From NCBI RefSeq assembly GCF_009914755.1, contig NC_060935.1: 64,000 nucleotides of DNA; one strand, 5' to 3'. Shown here piece by piece: positions 55,771 to 64,000 of this stretch. The position numbers and the translations under genes are program-made. The first letter of the stretch is position 1, and every line of letters begins with the position of its first letter. The notes below the pieces were generated by a model that did not search any database, was not told the origin of the DNA, and saw only the letters and a list, made by a program, of their open reading frames with translations. This stretch comes from the human T2T-CHM13v2.0 reference genome, Homo sapiens.

Positions 55771-56314
55771 AAAAAAAAAATCTGATAATCAGTTCTTCGT
55801 TTGTACTTGAAATGAATGTTTGTGTTTTCTGAATAATAGTTCTTAAATTCCTGGGTCTTTAAAAATATTTTTATTTTTTCTGAAGTTATTTAAATGTGAA
55901 TTACAAATATAACCATCTGCACATGCCCTGAAAATACTTTATCTAAATATTTCCCAGAAACTAACTAGTAATGATTTTACTTGATCACGTCATGCATGTT
56001 TAGACAACTATGGTTTGAATCTTCTATTTTATTTATTTATTTATTTTTGCTGGAATGAAGTTAACTAAGTTTTAAGAATTATCACAAATGAAAAATAGGA
56101 TGGTTCTTATGTCTTCCAAATATTTCAAAATCAGATCCTTATTTCTCCAATGAATTCTGTGCAATAGTTATTCATCCAACATAAAACTCTTCTGTAACAC
56201 TTGAAAATTTAGCACAGAAATGTCAGTATCCAAAGAAAAAAGTAGGAGCTTCTGCTGTAACTTCCATTAAATAAATTTAAATGAATTTTTCACAGACTGG
56301 TAGCATATGAATCA

Positions 56315-56677
56315 TTGAGGCAGCTGTTGAAGATCCTCCCAGATCCCTTTTTTCGCCCCCAGCCACAGATGTTGGCTGCCAACTTTTTATACATGCACCA
56401 TCTTCTCAGACTTGATGGGGCTGATGAGGGCCACCTTGCCTGGAAAGACATAGGGGATATAATGGCTCTGTCCTCTTGCCTGTAAGATATATAGCCTCTG
56501 TGGCACAACGCATACTCCTAAGCTCTACCCAGTATCAGACGGACACTAGACTTCTCCTCATGGCACGTCTTTGCCTGGCTTTTCCCACAGCCTAAGTCGC
56601 TTTCCTTATTTCCTCAACAAATAGCTTATAACATTATCCCATCTCAGGCTCTACTTTCAGGGGGTCAGACATAAGAC
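56315..56677 (+). mobile_element. Old ERVL LTR (LTR16-like)
   Basis: cccagatccc 5' block; cccatctcaggctctact...taagaca terminus. Confidence 0.45.
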
Positions 56678-58175
56678 AAAATATAATACGCTTAGATACT
56701 ATTGTTAACTCCACGTTTCAAACACACTCAGACTCATTGCTTTTATTCTTGTTTTATCATTTTTCCTATGTCTGATAGTTTAAACACATTTGTGATAAAG
56801 CAGGATACTTTTTGCACCCAAAGAGTACTTAAAATGAAGTTTATGATTATTTTCTGATCCTATTTCATGCTACTAGATCTATCTGAGGCATTCTTAATCT
56901 GAACTGGAAATATATCTCATAGAGCCAAAAGACCAATTATATCCAGATTCTTTTATATCCCAAAGTGTTTCTGGTTATCTGTAGCATGTTACCTATCCTG
57001 TTTAAATCTGTAGTTCTTGAACTATAAAGTGAGACTGTCAATGCCATTTCTATGTAATTTTTCATAGTTGTTGCAAAGATTATATAAAATAATGAATGTA
57101 AAAACTCTTTCAAATATAGTTAAATTATATAAAGAATATTGCCTATTGTCAGTATAAAAGATAGTATACTTTATATGAATAATTTGATTCAAATTAAAAT
57201 ATAAAATATCACTATTAGCAACATCATCTCTACCAATTCCAAAGCTTTAAGGAAGTAGCACAGCTTGCTGATGTAACAACAAGTAGGTCTCTAGTATTTA
57301 ATTAGGTGCTATTCTGTGCAAGACTGTTAGATGCTTTGTGGAGCTGTAAGACAATAAACAGTGAATCTCATTGGCTTAATTGCTGAAACTGATTCCCTTC
57401 AAAGTGTGACCTCCAGATATAATTTCAAGAGTATACTATCTAATTAAGGCATTTAGAAACTGACCCTCATATTGGTGCAAAATTTTTCTCACATTGTTTG
57501 GTTGTGGTGATTGTCGCTAACCTACTGTGAGACCACTGAGGCATAAACTGCTTCTACCAGCAGCCAATCTGGGCTGAAGAAGGTTCCTGGATATTACCCA
57601 ACATCCAAGCATGAATTCTAGACCTTACAACACGTGTTTATTGAAAAGCCAAACCTAGAACTGACAGAAAAGGAGTGACAGGCTACTGTCATGCAATGTA
57701 GGACAAAAGATTTCTATTGGGTCTTATACCTGAAAACATTTGGCCAAAGAGCATTTCAAACTCTAGCCAATTGTATTAACACACTCTTCTTTCTAAAGTA
57801 AAATAAAAGGGAAGGGGTGGAAGGATTAAGGACTTTCTTTCCTTGGAGGCCAAGCAACCCCCATTGCTTTTGGTAAAATCTTTTCTGCACCAATAATCAG
57901 ATTGTGTTATCTAAGTTTTCTACATCAGCAGTAGTATGTTTATCAAATGTGTCATTCAGAGGCAAAAATCAGTAAATATTTCTTTGCTATATACTAAACA
58001 AATCATTTTTTGAATTAAGAAAAATCAAACTGGAATTGTCTTCTAATAGGGTCTCATGTCCAGATATACATAAGGAGTAACTAAGTATAAATTTAATGTG
58101 ACCTCAACGCAAATGGAAACTTGGAGCTTGAAATCCTAGCTAAAACAACTGACCAGTAATCACTGATGAGTAATA

Positions 58176-58885
58176 CTGTGGTTCACCCCTTATCCTCAGT
58201 TTAATGTTCAACAGTTTCAGTTACCCATGGTCAACTGCAGTCCAAAAGTATTAAATGGAAAGTTCCACAAATATTTCATAAGTTTTAAGTTGCCTGCTGT
58301 TCTGAGTAGCATGATAAAATCTAGTGCCATTCTACTTCATTCTATCCAGGGCACGAATCACCCTCTTTGTCCAGTGGTGTTTCCATGCTGTCTAGTCTCA
58401 CCACCCTTTAATCACTTAGTAGCCATGTGGGTTATCAGATTGACTGTCGCATTATTGCAGTGCTTGCATTCAAGTAACACTTATTTTACTTAATGATGGC
58501 CCCAAAGCACAAGAATAGTGATGCTGCCAATTCGGATATGTCAAAGACAACCCATAAAGTGCTTTCTTTACATGAAAAGGTAAAAGTTCTTGACTTAGTC
58601 AGGAAAGTAAAAACACCATATGTTGAGGTTGTTAAGATTTATAGTAAGAATGAATCTACTATGTGTAAAATTATGAAGAAAAGAAATTTGTGCTAGTTTT
58701 GCTGTCATAACTCAAACTGCAAAAATTATGACCATAGTACATGATAAATGCTTAGTTGAGATGGAAGAGTCACTACATTTAAAGGTGGAAGACATGAACA
58801 GAAACGTGTTTCAATTGATGGACGTCAGGCTCAGTATTATTTGTAGTTTCAGACATCCACTGGGTCTCTTAAGAAGGGACAACTG
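58176..58885 (+). mobile_element. MER44/Tigger7-derived TcMar element with transposase N-terminal remnant
   Basis: TA-flanked, cccttatcc terminal motif; ORF 58493-58696 KVLSLHEKVKVLDL..K.YSKNEST...I.K resembles the pogo/CENP-B N-terminal HTH. Confidence 0.85.
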
Positions 58886-60465
58886 TACAGGTTTGGCCCT
58901 CTAATGATGTAGTAACTGAAAAATAAAAAACAAAAATAAAGCAGGATTTGTACATCAAAGAAGAAAGGAATGTTAACATTTGGAAACACTTGTTAAAGGT
59001 TAACTGTACTGAAATAGAAGTTTATTTTTTCTTTTTATTCATGGGCTACAATACCTATAGTGTTACTTACTTGCCTTTTCACCGTAACTAAGAACAAATA
59101 CACATTATCTTGGTTTATATAAGTCACTTGATTCCTGTTTACCCTGAGATCCATTTTTAAATTGCCTTCTTGATTTTTTTAAAATTCCAATTGTATTGAT
59201 CTGTATTTTCCTCCATATTATCATTTATCTTTTGGGTGCTTGCCTTCTTGACATGTGTATACAAAGGCCCCCATTTCTTATGTCCTCAAGACCATTTTAA
59301 TACTCAACTGTCTTCTTAAATCAGTGGCCTTAACTATCTTCAAATCTGCCCTGAAAGCTCATTTTATTTCTATTAAGTTTGTAACTCTCTTTAGTGTATT
59401 AAAGAATCCTGTAAATAGCAGATGAAACAGCATTTCAGAAGAGCAGTATTCTGAATTTATTAATGAACAACTCTAAAAGAAAATAGTTTCATCAGTTTAG
59501 GGTAGGGTATTAATATAATTGAGTAGTATGTCACTTAAATCGCAAGGGTGATAATCAAAATAATAAGTATTTCAGGATATTAGCAGATTTAATTTTCTTT
59601 TTTGAACCATACTGAAGACCCGTATGTCAACTGATGTTTGGAAGGATTTTCTGGCTTCCTATTATGCTATCAAAATATGAGGCAATAGAGCTGAATGTAA
59701 GAGCTTTGAATTTGCTTTATATTGACTTGGCTCTACCCCACAGGAATTGTGTGATTTCATGTGAGATAACTTATATTGCTTAGTCTCCAATGCTTCACTT
59801 ATAGAATAATGACATATACTTCAAAAGTTTTATTTTTGTTTGAAGGGTTGGCATGTGGGAACTATCATCTACTATCACCCCCATACTTATTGAATTGAAT
59901 TTGGTTAGTTGAAATAGAAAAATAAGTTGTGTTCCTAGTATAGAACTGTTGAAGTAGCCACTTTAAAAAAATATACTTTATAGGGATGTAATTTACATAC
60001 AATAAGACATAATCATTTTTAGAGCTTGATAAATTTACCTAATGTATACATCCATATAATCATGGTATCAATCATGATTTTGAACATTTCACCACTCCCA
60101 AAGGTTCTCTTCTGACCCATTGTAATGAATTCCCCTGCAATTCCTGCCATAAGCAATCACTGATCAAACATCTACTGCTATAGATCAGTTTTGTATATTC
60201 TAGAACTTCAGGTAAATGGAATTATATAATGCAATTTCTTATTTCTCTGGCTATATTCACGCAGTGTAAGTGTTGATATTCATCCATATTCTTGCACAGT
60301 AGTTTGTCCCAATTTATTTTGGAGTAATATTTCATTGTAAAGATATGCCCTAATGTGTTTAACTATTCACCTGCTGATAAACACTTGAATTGCTTGCTGC
60401 TTTGGGTTATGAATAAAACTTCCATGAACATTCGTGTACAATTCTCTGGGTAGTTACATTATTTT

Positions 60466-60885
60466 TATGGCCATGCAGTTGTATAGCTCAGTTCTCCTTT
60501 CAGGACAGAATGCCCCAGGGAGCACAGCTGACTGACAGCTTCCCGATGTCCTACCTTTATATTTGCTGCAGTGGCATTCATGTTGATATCAATCTCACAT
60601 GTATTCTTGGCTGTTCCCAGCCAATGACTAGGAGTAGAACCATTGGCTGTTTTTACCCATTGCAGGACTACCCTAACATGCAACATTTACTTAGGTGTCC
60701 TCTCAAAATGGCAGTCAAGGTTATTTCTACCAAATCCTTGCTTCACTTTCTTTTTTCACAGGTGTAAGACCTGTGTTATGGCCTGAAACTTCTCACCACA
60801 TAACCCGCCCTTTACCTTTTGGGTGTTTCTTCTCATCTCCCGCGCATATCCCATCTTGATGTTTGCTTCTCAGGTAATTCAGTTA
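60466..60885 (+). mobile_element. ERVL LTR (LTR40/LTR16 group)
   Basis: gctgactgacagcttcc, cccagccaatgact, ttcacaggtgtaagacctg, cccatcttg..gtttgcttctc. Confidence 0.55.
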
Positions 60886-61824
60886 TTTATTTTCTTTGGT
60901 AAAAACCTAGGAGTGGAAATACTTAACCATACGATGTTATGAGTTGAATTCTCTGCAGTAACATTTTTGGTATAAAGTCCTTAATCTCTTTTTATCAGGC
61001 ACAGCTTGTAGTTGGATGGGTTATACTCTAACCTAACACTAGTTATAGGGTTATACAGGCAGCCAGGAGAGGAGGCGGGGGCAGATTCTGAAGTGTTTGC
61101 ATTTGCCTTTTGGGTGAAATAATTAGATATTTTCATCATAGACAGCATGCTAATGTAAATGGGCAGGAACGGGCCACTTTCGTAGGTCTAGAAGCTGGAG
61201 TACGTTTGGGGAGTAAATATTTTGGGGTTTTGTATTCAGATACTCCCATCCTCTGTGTCAGCATCCCTGGTTTTCCAAATGAGGGCTCTGACTTTGGAAT
61301 AACACTTCTGCCTTGGCTGAGCAAGGAAGTAATAGGAGGGCCTAGCCATTTCTGCACAACCTGGGATTCCTTAATTGAGGATTGTTGATATGGAGCTCCC
61401 CGTTGGGCTGGCAGAAATCTTTTCAGGTCTGTATTTCTGTCTGTCTTCCCCTACATTCAGTTGTCTTGCCCCTCAGTTTTTTTATGCTCAGCCACTATGT
61501 GAAATGAAGGCTGGTTTGTAAGCTAAGGAAGGTACTATCTGACTCTCATATTCAGTTATCAATTGCTTGTTAATTGTCTTCAGTTTTAATTTATTTGCCT
61601 ATAAGGCATTAAGGCAACTTGGGAATAATTATCCAGTTCCATTTCCCTTATATTTATCATCACATTCACCAGGGCATGCTCTTTCACCACCATCATCCCA
61701 GCTCACAACAGGTGAAAGTTAACAACTGAACTATTGTCTTCTGCCAGGAGCTCTCTTTACACCATCTGCCGCGAGGAATGGAGTCTTCATTCCCAGCTAG
61801 TTGATGGTTAATCTAGCCCCCACT

Positions 61825-62237
61825 GGGATAGGTTAGGTTTTCTGGGACTCACAAACTGGGAAGGTGTTAGGAGTACAAAGTTTTACTGGGGAGTAACACC
61901 TATGAAAAGAAAGAAATGAAGCAGGATTGGGTAGGGGAATATATCGGACAGCAATATAAACCTGAAAGGATCCCTGCCACCCCAATAGAGAGCTCTGGAT
62001 CAAAACTCCTCAATTAAAGGAATCCTATATTATGCGGAAATGGCCAGGCTCCTATTACATCCTTGTTCAGTCTTTGGTTAGGTTCCACACTGAGAAGAGC
62101 ATGACCTCATCTTGAAAGTTAAGGCAGATTGTTACAGAGCTACAGCTAGAAAATGTCAACTAAGCACACTCCTTGCAACTGGGTAATGTGCCTTTTCTTG
62201 AAGGGAAATCTCAGATACACATCTCTGTCTGCTACAT
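61825..62237 (-). mobile_element. LTR16A-like ERVL LTR, with probable internal sequence at about 60935-61825
   Basis: gaagcaggattggg, gagctctgga, gaaatggccaggc, cttgaaggg..atct; ends tctgctaca. Confidence 0.6.
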
Positions 62238-63667
62238 ATAATGTGTATCATTAATTCTATAAGAAATTGCCAAACTTTTTTCCAAAGTGGTTGTAACATT
62301 TTATAATCTCAACAGCAATACATGAGAACTACACTTGCTAGATACACTTGCCAAAACTCGGTGTGGTCAGTCTTCTAATATTAGCTGTTTTAATGGGAAC
62401 TAGAGGAATCTCATTTTAGTTTTAATTTAATTTTTTATGATGAATATCATTTTATGTGTTTACCGGACATTTATGTATCTTTTGTAGTGTCACTTCAAAT
62501 CCTTTATTTCCTTTTGAATTGAATCACTGATCTTGTTATTCAATAATAAGAATTGTGTACATATTCTAGATGCAAATCATTTGCCAGATTGCAAATATTT
62601 GTACCCAGTCTGAGGCTTGCATTTCTTTTGTTTAATGGTGACTTTGAAGAGTGGGAAAATTTTAAGTTTGATAAATTCAACCTGTCATTTTTTTTCTCTT
62701 ATAGTTACTGCTTTTTATGTCCTTTCCAAGTAATCTTTTTTATAGCCTGTTTACAATTGTTTGGTTTTCTTTTAGTTTTATAATTTTAGGTTTATATTTA
62801 GGTACATAATCCATTTCTATGATTTTTTGTGTATGATAGGAGAGATTAAGAGTCATTTTTATTTTGATCACATATCCAGCATTTGTTGTTTATAAAGAAA
62901 ATCTAGTACCATTTGTTGAAGGTTGAATATCTAGAATCATTTGTTGAAAAACCTACCTATTCCCATTGAGTCACTTTTACACTTTGTTGAAAATTCAGTT
63001 GACCATACACGTGTGGGTCTCCTTCTGGATTCTCTGTTCTTTTACACTAATTAATGTGTTGTTTTTACAGCAATACCATACTGTCTTGATTATTATAGCT
63101 TTATAATAAGTCTTGAAAATAGTGTCAATCCTCTAACCATTTTCTTTTTCAAAGTTATTTTGCCTTTCCTTTGTTTTTTGCTTGCCTCTATAAATTTACT
63201 AATAGCTTATCAATTTTTACAATTGGCTTTGAGTGGAATTTATATGAACTTCTGTGATCTAACTTAGAACTTCTGTCTTCTTAGTAATATTAAGTCTCCC
63301 AATCTTTGACCATAGTACATTTCTTCATTTATTTTGGTTGTCTTTAATTTATCTCAGGCATCTTTTGTAGATTTTAGTGTAAAGATCTTACACATATGAA
63401 ATTCATGCCTAAGTCATCATGATTTTTAATGCTGCTAATGCATTTTTCACTTAATTCCAATTATTGGTTGTGAGTATATTCAAATACAATTTATATTTTA
63501 TATTGACCTTGTATCCTGTGATCACACTAAATTCACTTCTTAATTTTAGCAGGCTTTTTATTATTTTTAAAAATCCATATGAATTACTATTATACTTTTA
63601 ACATTGACACTGGCAAAGAGATTTTACTTTTTCCTTTTCGGTCTGTATTTAAGATTGCACTGCTTAG

Positions 63668-64000
63668 TGAAGTGACATCGTTGGTCTGGGGTAATACCCG
63701 AGGTTCATTTTCCCGTGGCCACAGAAAACTAGAAAGTGACAAAAAAGAGTAAGGTTCAAAGTGGAAGTTTAATAGGTGAAAGAAAGAGAAAAGCTCTCTT
63801 GCTACAGAGAGGGGTCCTGTAGAAAATGGGTTACCACTTCTATAGTGAAATGTAAAAGGTTTTAAAGATGAGCTTGAGGAGGCAGTGTCTGATTTACATA
63901 TGGCACGAAAGATTGGTCAGATGAGGTGTTCCATTTGCATAATGCTTGAAGCAGCTCACCTCCCCATCCCAATCTTTTATTATGCAGATGAGTTTTCTAC
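63668..64000 (-). mobile_element. MER61-like ERV1 LTR, cut by the window end
   Basis: gtctggggtaatacccgaggttc, gaagtttaatagg, gatgagcttgaggaggcagtgtctgatttacata, aatcttttattatgcagatg. Confidence 0.65.

Larger units (their letters stand above)
59965..63645 (-). mobile_element. L1ME/L1MD-type element, interrupted by ERVL-derived inserts at about 60465-60885 and 60935-62237
   Basis: Antisense L1M 3'UTR (taatttacatacaat, gcaatcactgatc); resumes at aagaaattgccaaact..ttccaaagtggttgta and caataccatactgtcttgatta. Confidence 0.75.

Overview
Primate (human-like) AT-rich, CpG-depleted genomic DNA from an intergenic or deep intronic region. I recognise no host protein-coding exon, RNA gene or CpG island. 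Much of the window is interspersed repeat: 7 Alus (one AluY, several AluS), MIR and L2 relics, many solo LTRs (THE1/MST, MLT1, MLT2, MER21, MER72-, MER90-, MER61- and LTR16/40-like), DNA transposon relics (MER63, MER33, MER44/Tigger7), and an 11-kb minus-strand stack of three LINE-1s (44437-55770). Nearly all ORFs in the supplied track are repeat-derived or chance. Best leads: (i) a 96-nt near-perfect hairpin at 16976-17071 that matches no repeat I recognise; (ii) an open, extended antisense ORF0 with a strong in-frame splice donor in an otherwise dead L1PA7-like element; (iii) a chimeric L1 junction implying about 2.5 kb of the host L1PB was deleted; (iv) a perfect 32-bp tandem duplication; (v) three LTRs with DUX4-type motifs. 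I found no convincing new multi-gene system. Repeat subfamily names come from recalled consensus sequences, not a database search.
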